The notes: generated by a model not told the origin, from the letters alone. Counted from the stretch's first letter, positions 9,938-20,878 are shown. The stretch is 64,000 bases of DNA from Marivita sp. (GCF_051859345.1 NZ_JBHYFV010000013.1:34474-98473); one strand, 5' to 3'. Made by a program: numbers and translations.

Positions 9938-11485
9938 TCACCGCTTGATGAGAACCTCGGTTTCTGCCCCCAGCGATGACGCAAGGGACGCAAACCGCGC
10001 CTCGGCCACTTCCCCGTAAAGCGGCACCGACGCCTTGGTCAGCTTCAGGCGCAACAGCTTCTTGCGCGGCTGCCATTCCAGCGCCGTGCCGTCCGCGCTT
10101 GCATCCGACATCCAGAGCATCGACCCGAAGCGCAGCGCCTTGCCGAGAACTTCGGCCTCCAGCGTCGCCTTTTCCGACAGCAGCCCTTCCAGATCCTCGA
10201 ACCGCGTGCCCTCGCGCTTGTTCTTGTAGCGATGCAGCAGGGCCAGCCCCAGGAACACACGTTCGGAATGTTTCAACCCGCCAAGGTTGGCGCGTGTGGC
10301 GTTGTCGAAACAGGTCTCCGCGCGATAGTCCGGATGCGCGCGCCAGCTGACATCATGCAGCAGGCATGCCGCCTTGATCAGCCGCGTCCGCGCTGCATCG
10401 ACACTTGAAAACAAGGGCGTGACAAAGCGATACAGTTTTTTGCCGAAACCCGGCAACCGCGCGTCTTTCGCCTCGGCAAAGCGGCATGCCTCGATCAGCG
10501 GATCGCGGTCCCTCAAATCCTGCGGCATCTGTTCGTAGAGCAGCCCCTCGCGGATGCCATAACTTGATATCGCGATGTCCTTGGGCTTGAACGTCTGCAC
10601 CAGCCGTTTGAGCACATCCACCGCGTAAGGCACAAGCTCCATACGGGCATTGGAAATGCCGCAGGCCTGGCGCAGTTCTTCAAGATCGCTGGACTTGATG
10701 AACTTCACGGTCTGGTTCACCGATTTCTTGTCCATCCGGTACTCGTGCAGCACATGCAACGGATAGCCGCGCCGATACATGTCGATCCGCGCAATCGCCC
10801 GCCAGGACCCGCCGACCAGGAACAACCGGTCGCGCTGTGGCCCCATATGCGTGACCAGCTTGTCCATCACCTCTTTGATGTGCAGGTCCCGGCCTTTCTG
10901 CCCACCCTTGAGGTCGCGCAATTTGAGCGGCCCGAGATTCGAGCTGATCCGCCGACCGACCCGGCCATCCGATATCTCGGCCAGTTCCATCGACGATCCG
11001 CCAATGTCGCACACCAGTCCATAGCTGCCCGGCCAGCCCAGCAACACACCCTGCGCCGACAGCCGCGCCTCTTCCTCGCCGCCGATCACCCAGATGCGCA
11101 ACCCGGTCTCGCGCAGGACATCCTCGCGGAACTCCGGCCCATCCTCGGCCTCGCGCACCGCAGCGGTGGCAACGACGGACAGCGGCGGCAGGTCCATCCC
11201 CTCGGCGAGCGCCTGAAACCGCTTGAGCGCCTGCAACGCCCGGTCGCGACCTTCGGGATTGAGACGGCCCGTTTCGGACATGCCCGCGCCCAGGGCACAC
11301 ATGAGTTTCTCGTTGTAGAAATAGGCCGGGGACCGCGCCGCGCCGTCAAAGACAACCAGTCGGACAGAGTTCGACCCAATGTCGATCACACCCACACGCG
11401 ACAGCGCGCGTGCCTTCGGATCGTTGAACAGGGGGCGGTCAAAGGGGCCCAACGTGTCGTGTTCGGCGTCTGAGGAACCGTCCAT
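9938..11485 (-). CDS. ppx: Ppx/GppA exopolyphosphatase
   Basis: VIDIGSNSVRLVV, ATAAVREA, GEEEARL, DIGGSSME, GIREG. Confidence 0.9.
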   Translation of the reverse strand: MDGSSDAEHDTLGPFDRPLFNDPKARALSRVGVIDIGSNSVRLVVFDGAARSPAYFYNEKLMCALGAGMSETGRLNPEGRDRALQALKRFQALAEGMDLPPLSVVATAAVREAEDGPEFREDVLRETGLRIWVIGGEEEARLSAQGVLLGWPGSYGLVCDIGGSSMELAEISDGRVGRRISSNLGPLKLRDLKGGQKGRDLHIKEVMDKLVTHMGPQRDRLFLVGGSWRAIARIDMYRRGYPLHVLHEYRMDKKSVNQTVKFIKSSDLEELRQACGISNARMELVPYAVDVLKRLVQTFKPKDIAISSYGIREGLLYEQMPQDLRDRDPLIEACRFAEAKDARLPGFGKKLYRFVTPLFSSVDAARTRLIKAACLLHDVSWRAHPDYRAETCFDNATRANLGGLKHSERVFLGLALLHRYKNKREGTRFEDLEGLLSEKATLEAEVLGKALRFGSMLWMSDASADGTALEWQPRKKLLRLKLTKASVPLYGEVAEARFASLASSLGAETEVLIKR

Positions 11486-11672
11486 GAGGCCTCCTGATCA
11501 AGTTGCGCGCACCGTGTCAAAGCAGGAGGGGAAGGTCAAGAAAACAAGGCTTGGAAAAGCCCGTCCCCTGATGCCCCAGACGCGTCTGTGGGTCAACATA
11601 GGGCTTTCGGACCCAAAGGATATCGTCCATCTTGCCCCCGGCAACGGTCAAGGCAACAGGGAGACGCAAGAG

Positions 11673-12590
11673 ATGCGTATTGCAACCATGGCAACGGGCG
11701 GGATCGGAGGATTTCTGGCCGTCAAACTGGCCAATGACGGGCACAGCGTGGCCACCATTGCACGCGGGGCACATCTTGGGGCGATCCGCGACAAGGGCCT
11801 GACGCTGGACGGCGCAACCGGTGTCGAAACCTGCCGTCCGGAGATCGCAACCGACCGCCCCGACGAGGTCGGTCCAGTGGATGCCATCATCTTCGGCGTC
11901 AAGGGGGACGGGCTTGAAGCAGCGGCGCGCGCCTGCCTGCCGATGATCGGCCCGGACACCGTGGTTGTTCCGTTCCTCAACGGGGTCGAGGCGTCGGACC
12001 GCCTGATCCGGATTCTGCCCGAACACAACGTGGCCAACGGCGTCGCGCGGGTGTCCACAACCATTTCCGCGCCCGGAGTGATCACGCAAACCGGGGCGTT
12101 CAACTCCTTCATCTTTGCCGAACGCGACAGCCGACCCTCGGCGCGCATCGACGCGCTGCGCGACGCCATCACCGCCGCTGGATCGTCTGCACCCCCAACC
12201 GATGACATCGTCAGGGAACTCTGGTCGAAATTCGCCCTGTTTGCGGCGCTCTCCGGGGTGACGGCGGCGGGGCGCTGCACGATTGGCGATGTCCGGAACA
12301 TCCCGCAGCTTGAAAGCCTGTTCAAACGGGCGTTGTCGGAAATCGTCGCGATTGGCCGGGCCTTCGGGGTCGAGCTGGATGTCGATATCGAAGAACAGGT
12401 CTGGTCCAGCATGCAAGGCTTCCCGCCAGAGGGGCGCGCCTCCACGGCGATTGACCTGGAAAAGGGTCGTCCCCTGGAAATCGAATGGGTGTCCGGGGCC
12501 GCGACCCGTCTTGCCGCTCAGATGGGGATCGACGCGCCGGTCAACAGCGCACTCTATGCCATCCTCTTGCCCCATAAACACGGGCGCTGA
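11673..12590 (+). CDS. Ketopantoate reductase (PanE/ApbA) family protein
   Basis: Rossmann start MRIATMATGGIGG, FLNGVE, WSKF, STAIDLEKGRPLEIE. Confidence 0.85.
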   Translation: MRIATMATGGIGGFLAVKLANDGHSVATIARGAHLGAIRDKGLTLDGATGVETCRPEIATDRPDEVGPVDAIIFGVKGDGLEAAARACLPMIGPDTVVVPFLNGVEASDRLIRILPEHNVANGVARVSTTISAPGVITQTGAFNSFIFAERDSRPSARIDALRDAITAAGSSAPPTDDIVRELWSKFALFAALSGVTAAGRCTIGDVRNIPQLESLFKRALSEIVAIGRAFGVELDVDIEEQVWSSMQGFPPEGRASTAIDLEKGRPLEIEWVSGAATRLAAQMGIDAPVNSALYAILLPHKHGR

Positions 12591-12638
12591 CCGGCTTTTG
12601 CAAAAGCCGGACAAGACCTTTGCAAAGGTCTTGCCGCC

Positions 12639-14816
12639 CTATTCCTCGGTATGGGTCAGTTTGGGAACATCGGATGCGCCCGCCGACCCGCGACCCGACA
12701 GCGACGGGTTCTCCATGAAGAACCGATGGCAGTTGAACGCAAACGCACCCTCATCCCAGGTGGTGCGCACAAACGCGCCATCGGGCTGCATGATCCAGCT
12801 TTGCGCCACATCCGCCAGGTTGGCCGCCATGATCTGGCTGACGATCTGGGCCTTGACCGTGGCGTTCTCGATCTCGACCAGCGTTTCGACCCGGCGGGTC
12901 AGGTTGCGGCCCATCCAGTCGGCGGACGACATGAACACCCGTGCTTTCTTGTGCGGCAACCCATGGCCATTGCCGAAACAGATGATGCGCGAATGCTCGA
13001 GGAACCGCCCGACGATGGACTTGACGCGGATGTTCTCGCTCAGCCCCTTGACCCCCGGTCGCACGCCGCAGATGCCACGGATCACGCAGTCGATCTTTAC
13101 CCCGGCTTCGGAGGCGGCATAAAGCGCGTCGATCATGTCCGGTTCGATCAGCGAATTCATCTTGAGCCAGATCTGCGCCGGTTTGCCCGCGCGGGCATGG
13201 CTTGCCTCGGCTTCGATCATTTCCAGCATCTTGGGCTTGAGCGAATGCGGCGAGATGCTCAGGTTCTCAAGCCCGTCCGGCAGGGCGTATCCCGACAGGT
13301 AGTTGAACACCTTGGTTGCGTCCCGGCCCAAGGGGGCATCGCAGGTGAAAAAGCTCAGATCGGTGTAGATCGTGGCGGTGATCGGGTGGTAATTGCCAGT
13401 GCCGTAATGCGTGTAGGTGACCAGCTTGGTGCCTTCGCGGCGCACCACGATGGAAATCTTGGCGTGGGTCTTCCAATCCAGAAACCCGTAGACCACATGC
13501 GCGCCCGACCGTTCAAGACGCCGCGACTGGCGGATGTTGGCGGCCTCGTCGAACCGGGCTTTCAGCTCGACCAGGGCGGTCACCGACTTGCCGTCCTCCG
13601 CCGCCTCGCACAGCGCGGCCACGATGGGCGATTGGCGCGACGTGCGGTACAGCGTCTGCTTGATCGCCACCACATCCGGATCGCGCGCCGCCTGCGCCAG
13701 GAACCGCACCACCATGTCAAAGGTCTCGTAGGGGTGGTGCAGCAGCATGTCCTTCTGCTTGATCGCCTCGAACATGTCGCCATCGAAATCCTGCACCCGT
13801 TCGGGCACGCGCGGGGTAAAAAGGGGCCAAAGCAGGTCGGGTCGGCTGTCCAGCACAAGTTCCTTGAGGTCGGCCGCACCGATCATGCCGGTCAGTTCGA
13901 TCACATCGTCTTCGCGGACCCGCAATTCGCGCATCACCGTATCGCGCAGACCCTTTGACGACGACCCCGCCGAAATCGTCAGGCGCACGACCTCGCCGCG
14001 CCGCCGCCGCTTCAGGGCGACCTCGAATTCGCGCACAAGGTCTTCGGCTTCGTCCTCGACTTCGATATCGCTGTCGCGCAGCACCCGGAATCCGAAATGA
14101 TCGCGCAGCTTGTAGCCCGGAAACAGCCGGTCAAAATGCAGCAGCAACACATCTTCAAGAAAGATGAACCGATCCGCGCCGTCATTCGAGGGCAGGGCGA
14201 TGAAGCGATCCACCTGCGCGGGGATCGGTAACAGCGCCTGCAGACTGGTCTTGTCCTTGCGCCGTTCCAGTTGCAGGGCAAGACAATAGCCATTGTTGGC
14301 GATGAACGGAAACGGGTGCGCCGGGTCGATGGCAAGGGGGGACAGCACCGGGAACACCTGGTTCAGGAACACGTCTTCCAGAAAGGTCAGGTCCACCTCG
14401 CCCAACCCGTCACGCGACAGGATGGATATGCCTTCGGCTTCCATCTTTTGCCGCAGATCGGCCAGCACCCGCTGTTGCGACGCCATCAGCTTGCGCGCAT
14501 CTTCGTTGATCAGCACAAGCTGTTCGGCCGGGGTCAGCCCATCGTCGGCGGGTGTGACATTGCCAGCCTGCGCCAGTTCCCGCAGTCCAGCCACGCGCAC
14601 GGTGTAGAATTCGTCCAGATTGTTTGCCGAGATCGACAGGAACCGCAGCCGCTCGAGCAAGGGCACACGCGGGTTCTCCGCCTCTTCAAGAACACGCCAG
14701 TTGAAGCCCAGCCACGACATTTCGCGATTGAAGAAACGCCCTGGTCCGGTCAGGTCGAGATCGGGCAGGGTTGTCGGTTCGGGGCGGGGGGCGTTCAGGA
14801 AATCGGCACTGTTCAT
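12639..14816 (-). CDS. ppk: Polyphosphate kinase 1
   Basis: RFFNREMSWLGFNWRVL, DMLLHHPY, IKQTLYRTS, KTHAK, VGRFLEHSR, SSADWM. Confidence 0.97.
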   Translation of the reverse strand: MNSADFLNAPRPEPTTLPDLDLTGPGRFFNREMSWLGFNWRVLEEAENPRVPLLERLRFLSISANNLDEFYTVRVAGLRELAQAGNVTPADDGLTPAEQLVLINEDARKLMASQQRVLADLRQKMEAEGISILSRDGLGEVDLTFLEDVFLNQVFPVLSPLAIDPAHPFPFIANNGYCLALQLERRKDKTSLQALLPIPAQVDRFIALPSNDGADRFIFLEDVLLLHFDRLFPGYKLRDHFGFRVLRDSDIEVEDEAEDLVREFEVALKRRRRGEVVRLTISAGSSSKGLRDTVMRELRVREDDVIELTGMIGAADLKELVLDSRPDLLWPLFTPRVPERVQDFDGDMFEAIKQKDMLLHHPYETFDMVVRFLAQAARDPDVVAIKQTLYRTSRQSPIVAALCEAAEDGKSVTALVELKARFDEAANIRQSRRLERSGAHVVYGFLDWKTHAKISIVVRREGTKLVTYTHYGTGNYHPITATIYTDLSFFTCDAPLGRDATKVFNYLSGYALPDGLENLSISPHSLKPKMLEMIEAEASHARAGKPAQIWLKMNSLIEPDMIDALYAASEAGVKIDCVIRGICGVRPGVKGLSENIRVKSIVGRFLEHSRIICFGNGHGLPHKKARVFMSSADWMGRNLTRRVETLVEIENATVKAQIVSQIMAANLADVAQSWIMQPDGAFVRTTWDEGAFAFNCHRFFMENPSLSGRGSAGASDVPKLTHTEE

Positions 14817-14883
14817 GGGCGTCCCTTAGCTGTGGCGCGTGACAGATTGGTGACATCCCGTGTCAGGACATCGCTGCAAGCCC

Positions 14884-15579
14884 CTAGTCTGACGCGTTTT
14901 CCTCGGGGAATTCAAGATCGGCCAGCGCGCTGCGGGCAAGTGTCCGCGTCACCCCTTTGGGTGTGCCCAGCGCTTCGGTGTCGAGATGCGCCACAACCTG
15001 CCCGGCGGCCTCGAAGGACCGGGGCATCCAGCGCACCAGGTAGGGGATCACATCCGCCATCGGCACGATCTGGCGATCCGCAAACAGCTTGGCCAGAACT
15101 GCGGACAGCAGGATATCATCCGGCAGCGCCATCTTGGCCACGGTGGTGCCAGACATCCGGCTTGCCAGATCAGGCAGGTTCAACCCCCATGCCGACGGAG
15201 GCCGCGTGGCGGTCAGAAGGATCGAATGCCCGTTGGCGAGAACAAGGTTGTGCAGATGGAACAGCGCCCGCTCGGCCGCGTCATGGCCCGCGATCTGCTC
15301 CACATCCTCGACACAGATGGGCTGGTCCGCCAGCGTCGGCACATCACCCCCCGCGATGTCGAGCGCCGAGACCATCTGCCCGCCGCTTTCGGTACACCAG
15401 ACATGCGCCAGATGGGTCTTGCCCGATCCGCGCGGACCCACCAGCACCAGCTTGCCATTGGGCCAGTTCGGCCAGGTGTCCACCAGACCCAGCGCCACGG
15501 CGTTGCTGTGGGTGACGTAAAAGTCCCCCCGCCCCAGCGCGGGCCGCGCCGGAATGTCGAATTTCAGTTGCAGGGACAT
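14884..15579 (-). CDS. Hda-like / DnaA-type AAA+ ATPase
   Basis: Walker A GPRGSGKTHLA, LFHLHN, LPDLASR; perM-hda-ppk context. Confidence 0.85.
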   Translation of the reverse strand: MSLQLKFDIPARPALGRGDFYVTHSNAVALGLVDTWPNWPNGKLVLVGPRGSGKTHLAHVWCTESGGQMVSALDIAGGDVPTLADQPICVEDVEQIAGHDAAERALFHLHNLVLANGHSILLTATRPPSAWGLNLPDLASRMSGTTVAKMALPDDILLSAVLAKLFADRQIVPMADVIPYLVRWMPRSFEAAGQVVAHLDTEALGTPKGVTRTLARSALADLEFPEENASD

Positions 15580-16647
15580 TTATTCGCCGTCCTGATCACT
15601 CAACCCGCGATAAAGGCGGCTTTGAAGATATTGGTTTGCGGCGAACCGGGCAATCACGCCAAGCGCCGCGGCGACGGGAACCGCCACCAGCATCCCGACA
15701 AACCCGAACAGGGTGCCGAAGATCGACAGCGCAAATATCAGCCAGACCGGGTGCAGCCCCACCGACGACCCCACCAGCTTGGGCGTCAGCACGTTGCCCT
15801 CGATCACTTGTCCCAGCACAAACACACCGGCCACCAGCCCGATGGAGAGCCAGTCGCCCCAGAACTGGAACAGGGCCAGACCGATGGCCAATGCGCCGCC
15901 GATCAGCGCGCCAAGATAGGGAATGAACGTCACCAGCCCGGCGACAAACCCCACCACCAGCCCGAACTGCAGCCCGATCAGCATCAGCGCCACGGCGTAA
16001 TAGGTGCCAAGGATGATGCAGACGGTTCCCATGCCGCGAATGAAACTGGCCAGCGTCCGGTCAATATCCGCCGCCAGCTTGCGGATGGTCGGCGCATGAT
16101 CGCGCGGCAGCATCTCGTCGATGCGGGCCACCATGTTGTCCCAGTCCAGCAGAAGGTACACCGCCACCACCGGCACGATCACGAACAGCATCACGATATT
16201 GATGATGCCCGCAGCCGAGCTCAGCACTGTATTGAGCAATTCTCCGCCGCGCGACTGGATGGTTTCCCCGATCGACACCAGCGATTGCCGCAACGGGCTT
16301 TCGGTGTCCATGATGTCGGGGAATCGCGCGATCAGAAAATCGCGCAGATTGGCGAACAGGGTCGGGGCCACATCGAACAGGTCGAGCGCCTGATTGACCA
16401 GCGACGGAATCACCCACAAGAGCAGAAGCACAAACGCGACCATCCCGATCACGGTAATGATGGCCGTGGCCGCCACCCGGCTACAGCCCATCCGTTCCAG
16501 ACGGTCCGCCACCGGATCAAGGAAATAGGCAATCGCCCCACCCAGAACAAAGGGCAAAAGCACGTCGCCAAGGAACCACAGCACCACCGCAAAGGCGACT
16601 GCCGCAATCCCCCAGTATTTCACCTGCTCCCGCGCGGGAAGTGCCAT
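15580..16647 (-). CDS. AI-2E (PerM) family transporter
   Basis: LAYFLDP-type motif (IAYFLDPVADRLE), FIPYLG, EGNVLTPKLVG..VGLHPVW. Confidence 0.9.
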   Translation of the reverse strand: MALPAREQVKYWGIAAVAFAVVLWFLGDVLLPFVLGGAIAYFLDPVADRLERMGCSRVAATAIITVIGMVAFVLLLLWVIPSLVNQALDLFDVAPTLFANLRDFLIARFPDIMDTESPLRQSLVSIGETIQSRGGELLNTVLSSAAGIINIVMLFVIVPVVAVYLLLDWDNMVARIDEMLPRDHAPTIRKLAADIDRTLASFIRGMGTVCIILGTYYAVALMLIGLQFGLVVGFVAGLVTFIPYLGALIGGALAIGLALFQFWGDWLSIGLVAGVFVLGQVIEGNVLTPKLVGSSVGLHPVWLIFALSIFGTLFGFVGMLVAVPVAAALGVIARFAANQYLQSRLYRGLSDQDGE

Positions 16648-16800
16648 CTTGTCCGCCCTTGTGACCTGTCCCCTACATCGCTCGTGTCGCGCAGGGTTTC
16701 AAGCGAAAGGCGCGCACGATGCGTCAACGCATCAACGTTTTGCGATCCCGCAAAACCCCGCGTCCCTGTCCGCCGGGACGACACAGAAACCGTCCCCTGC

Positions 16801-17760
16801 TCAGGCAGAGCCAAGCCGCGCACATCCGTCCCACAGGGGGGCACCATCGGTCAGCTGCAACACCCAGGCCAGGGGAATCCCCGCCGGAGTCGCAATCCCG
16901 TGTGCCGCGCCCATGACCGCGCCGATGAGGATGGCGCGACCGGCGCTGTCTCCTCCGGCCAGGATGTTGTGCTCTACCGCGTCGCTGTAGGTGGCGCTGT
17001 GCTTGAGCACATGAAACATCACCGGTCCCGCTGTTGGCAAATGACAGGCGCGCCCGACCTCTCCGGCAAAGACGGTTGGGTCCGTTTCGTCGCTGGCCAG
17101 CGCGTGCAACAGCGCCTCCCTGACGTCGCCCTCTGCCGCGCGCGCCGCCATCGCAAGCGCCTCTGCGACAGGGGCGCCGTCAAGAACCCGGCACAAGAGA
17201 TCGCAAAACACCGCGTTATAGGCTGCGGCCACATCGTTGACATTGGTGATCTGCATTGCCGCCTGCGACCTGTCGGCCAGTTCCGGCGTCCCGTGATACC
17301 CCGCCACAATTGCCGGAAGCCGCGTCACCGCCGGGTTCTGGTCGTCGTCGATGCCCGAAGGTGACAGTTGCGCCGCGATCCGCTCGAGCGCGCCGCGCGT
17401 CGGGCGGTCGATATAGCCGTGATAAGCTCCGCCGGGACCAAAATGCGTGGCGAACGCGGCCTGTTGCGCAGGCACATCGAACGCACCGCCCTCTGCGATC
17501 ATCGTCCGGATTGCCAGCCAAAGCGCCTCGCCATATTGCGTCAGCATGCCGGTTTGCCGTGCGCCATGGGCGAAATACCCCTTGGCCCCGTCGAAATGTG
17601 CGGCATCCACCGGGGTAAACGCAGCGCCACCGCGCCGTGCCGCGATGTCTGCGATACGGTCGGGATCATAAAGCCAATGCAATCCAAGGCTCGCGGCATC
17701 GGCAACCAAGGCGCCCAAGAGCATCGTGGATCTGGGGGTGGGGGTGTGGGCGACGTGCAT
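16801..17760 (-). CDS. ADP-ribosylglycohydrolase family protein (J1-crystallin/SelJ-like subgroup)
   Basis: GALVADAASLGLHWLYD, IDDDQ, NILAGGDSAGRAILIGAVMGA; GGAGG SD. Confidence 0.8.
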   Translation of the reverse strand: MHVAHTPTPRSTMLLGALVADAASLGLHWLYDPDRIADIAARRGGAAFTPVDAAHFDGAKGYFAHGARQTGMLTQYGEALWLAIRTMIAEGGAFDVPAQQAAFATHFGPGGAYHGYIDRPTRGALERIAAQLSPSGIDDDQNPAVTRLPAIVAGYHGTPELADRSQAAMQITNVNDVAAAYNAVFCDLLCRVLDGAPVAEALAMAARAAEGDVREALLHALASDETDPTVFAGEVGRACHLPTAGPVMFHVLKHSATYSDAVEHNILAGGDSAGRAILIGAVMGAAHGIATPAGIPLAWVLQLTDGAPLWDGCARLGSA

Positions 17761-17794
17761 GCTCTGCCTCCGGTCGGTGACGTGGAAGGATTTG

Positions 17795-19264
17795 TCAGGC
17801 GTTCAAGGGCATGGTGATGCGCGCGATCACCCGTCCGTTTTCCTTGGCCCGGTCGATCTCGGCGCCGATCTGGGCCGCGAATTGCTGGACCAGCCGTTCC
17901 CCGGTCCCACCGGAATCAATGTCCAGCCGGGGATCTGCGGTCAGATCGGCGTTTTCGACCGTGATCCGCAAGACCCGCTCTGGCGTCATATCAATCTCAA
18001 GCGTCACCGGGCTGTGTTCACCCGGTCCGCCATACTTGATCGCATTGGTCAGGAGCTCGTTCAGCATGAGGCTCAGCGCGATGGCCCTGTCGCTTTTCAA
18101 CCGGATCACTTCGGCCGAATGGGTAAACACCATCGCGGCGTCGGGCAGTTCCGCGCTTCTTCGGGTCGAGGCGACCAGACGCGCGACAAGTGTGATCAGG
18201 TCGATATTGGCGACATCGTCATCAATCTGGATGGTGGCATGTACATCCGCCACTGCCCGCACACGCGATTCCACAGCGCGCAGCGCCTCGCGTGCCTTTT
18301 CCGCCGCCGGACCACCCGCCACAATCAACTTGCTGGATTGCAACCGCAACAGGGACAACGCGATCTGAAGGCTGTTCTTGATCCGGTGATTGGCCTCCAC
18401 AACCAGCGACTCGCGGACATGCACCGCTTTTTCAAGATCACGCCGGGCGTTCTCGATATCGGTCAGGTCAACAAACGTCCCGACAAGCTTGGGTCGGCGA
18501 TCCACAGGGTCGGTTGCCATCTCGCCACGGATGCGGACGAACCGTTCTTCGCCCGAGGGCAGGGGCACCCGGTAATCGAAGCTTGCGATTTCGCCATGTG
18601 GCGCGCCAAGAACCCGCGCAACCTCGGCATGGACGGCGGCGATATCGTCTGCATGCACACGTTCGAAAAACGGCGCGGCGTAAATCCCGGCCTCGTCCGG
18701 GGCAAAGCCGAACATCGCGTCGATGGCGTCATGGCGCAGGAACAGGTCGGTTTCCGGGTCATAGCTGAAATAGGCGACCGACGCCGTCGAAGTGGCGGCA
18801 CGCCGATGACTTTGCGCAAGCCGGGCGGTCAGGGTCGCCTCGGTCACGTCGCGCGCGGTCTGAAGAATGGCAATGGTCCTGCCGTCTTTGCGGACCGGGG
18901 CAAAGTGCATTTGCCAATGGTGTTCGACATAGGCACCGGACTTGTCCAGCAGATCGAACCGCGCCGGACCCACCTCCTGCGGGATGCCGGTGCGCATGGT
19001 TTCGTTTGTGGCAGTGCGAATGAACGTCACCGCATCCGCGCCATCCGCATCGGCATTGGGCGGGAACGCCTCGAACATCCCAAGCCCGGTCACGTCGACC
19101 CCGACAGATCCAGACATCACCTGATGCGCACTGTTGCGCCACAGCAGCGTCAGCTTGTCATCCGGCAGAAAGAAAAGCGCCGCAAACGGCACAGCTTCAA
19201 AGCCAAGAGCAAGGATATCTGTGATGGAATCGGGCCGTTCGGACAGCTGAATTTGACCGTTCAT
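17795..19264 (-). CDS. Cytoplasmic PAS-domain sensor histidine kinase (HisKA_2/HWE-type)
   Basis: Two PAS-like segments, EANHRIKNSLQ H-box, LNELLTNAIKYG N-box, GTGERLV G-box. Confidence 0.85.
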   Translation of the reverse strand: MNGQIQLSERPDSITDILALGFEAVPFAALFFLPDDKLTLLWRNSAHQVMSGSVGVDVTGLGMFEAFPPNADADGADAVTFIRTATNETMRTGIPQEVGPARFDLLDKSGAYVEHHWQMHFAPVRKDGRTIAILQTARDVTEATLTARLAQSHRRAATSTASVAYFSYDPETDLFLRHDAIDAMFGFAPDEAGIYAAPFFERVHADDIAAVHAEVARVLGAPHGEIASFDYRVPLPSGEERFVRIRGEMATDPVDRRPKLVGTFVDLTDIENARRDLEKAVHVRESLVVEANHRIKNSLQIALSLLRLQSSKLIVAGGPAAEKAREALRAVESRVRAVADVHATIQIDDDVANIDLITLVARLVASTRRSAELPDAAMVFTHSAEVIRLKSDRAIALSLMLNELLTNAIKYGGPGEHSPVTLEIDMTPERVLRITVENADLTADPRLDIDSGGTGERLVQQFAAQIGAEIDRAKENGRVIARITMPLNA

Positions 19265-19534
19265 TCTGGTGGCGCACTCCGAAACCAATAACTGTCTCAG
19301 GTTGATTGATTTCTCAAAAAGAGTCCACTGTCGCGATGGCGCGTCCGCGGAAATGCGCACATAATTCCCATTCACGCATCGCGGTGGTCAATGTCCGACC
19401 GCCCGAATGCGCCGATACGATCCCCCTGCCGCGCCAGCAGTCCTCCCGAAGGCAGGACACAGAACACCGCGCTGCCCTTGTCCGGGTCGATGCAACCCGG
19501 TAGGACGGGCCAAACCACCCATCCGAGGTCCCAG

Positions 19535-20878
19535 ATGCGTCTGTCCCGATATTTCCTGCCCGTACTCAAAGAAACCCCGTCCGAAGCCCAGATCGTCAGC
19601 CACCGGCTGATGCTGCGCGCCGGCATGATCAAGCAGGCCAGCGCCGGGATCTACTCCTGGCTGCCGCTGGGCTACCGGGTGTTGCGCAACATCGAACAGA
19701 TCGTACACGAGGAACAGGTGCGCGCGGGACATATCCCGATGCTGATGCCGACGCTGCAATCGGCCGATCTATGGAAGGAATCGGGCCGGTATGACGCCTA
19801 CGGCCCCGAAATGCTGCGGATCGAAGACCGTCACGGGCGCGACATGCTTTACGGTCCCACCAATGAAGAGCTGATCACCGACATCTTCCGCAGCCATGTC
19901 GGCAGCTACAAGGATCTGCCGCTGACGCTCTATCACATCCAGTGGAAATTCCGCGACGAGATCCGTCCGCGCTTTGGCGTGATGCGGGGCCGCGAATTCC
20001 TGATGAAGGATGGCTACAACTTCGACCTGACCAAGGAAGACGCGCTGCACGCTTATAACCGCCATCTGGTCAGTTACCTGCGCACCTACGAACGCATGGG
20101 CCTTCAGGCGATCCCGATGCGCGCCGACTCTGGCCCTATCGGCGGCGATGACACCCATGAATTCCTTGTTCTGGCCGAAACCGGAGAGAGCGAAGTGTTC
20201 TACGATGCCCAGATCACCGATCTGAAGTTCGGCGACCGTGCCATCGACTATGACGACAAGGCCCAGTGTCAGGCGGTCCTTGAGGAATTCACCTCGCGTT
20301 ATGCGCGCACCGACGAAACGCACGACGAAGCCGAGTTCGCAAAAGTGCCAGCCGACCGCCAACGCACCGCGCGGGGCATCGAAGTAGGCCAGATCTTCTA
20401 TTTCGGCACCAAGTATTCCGACGCGATGGGTGCCACTGTCGCCGATGGCGACGGCAACCGTGTGCCTGTCCATATGGGCAGCCACGGCATTGGTGTCAGC
20501 CGCCTCCTCGGCGCGATCATCGAGGCCAGCCACGACGACAACGGCATCATCTGGCCCGAAGGTGTGACCCCGTTCCATTGCGGGATCGTCAACCTCAAGC
20601 AGGGCGACGACGAGGCGGATGTCGCCTGCGAGGCGCTCTATGCCAGTCTGACAGCACTTGGGCTTGAGCCGCTCTATGACGACCGGAATGAACGGGCAGG
20701 GGGCAAGTTCGCCACGATGGACCTGATCGGCCTGCCGTGGCGCATCACCGTCGGCCCACGCGGGCTCAAGAACGGCGTTGTCGAACTGACCTCTCGCCGC
20801 ACCGGCGAGAGCGAAGAACTGGCCCCCGAACAGGCCATCGCGCGGATCGCCGTCATTTACGGCAAAGCCACGGCCTGA
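19535..20878 (+). CDS. proS: Proline--tRNA ligase
   Basis: [51 protein letters not shown]. Confidence 0.97.
   Translation: MRLSRYFLPVLKETPSEAQIVSHRLMLRAGMIKQASAGIYSWLPLGYRVLRNIEQIVHEEQVRAGHIPMLMPTLQSADLWKESGRYDAYGPEMLRIEDRHGRDMLYGPTNEELITDIFRSHVGSYKDLPLTLYHIQWKFRDEIRPRFGVMRGREFLMKDGYNFDLTKEDALHAYNRHLVSYLRTYERMGLQAIPMRADSGPIGGDDTHEFLVLAETGESEVFYDAQITDLKFGDRAIDYDDKAQCQAVLEEFTSRYARTDETHDEAEFAKVPADRQRTARGIEVGQIFYFGTKYSDAMGATVADGDGNRVPVHMGSHGIGVSRLLGAIIEASHDDNGIIWPEGVTPFHCGIVNLKQGDDEADVACEALYASLTALGLEPLYDDRNERAGGKFATMDLIGLPWRITVGPRGLKNGVVELTSRRTGESEELAPEQAIARIAVIYGKATA

Noticed and set aside
14986-17364. 792-aa plus-strand ORF
   Set aside because: Antisense shadow of hda-like, AI-2E and ARH genes; no motifs; long shadows are expected at high GC.
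17735-17750. G-rich run GGGGGTGGGGGTGTGGG as a G-quadruplex element
   Set aside because: Explained by the HTPTP codons on the opposite strand.
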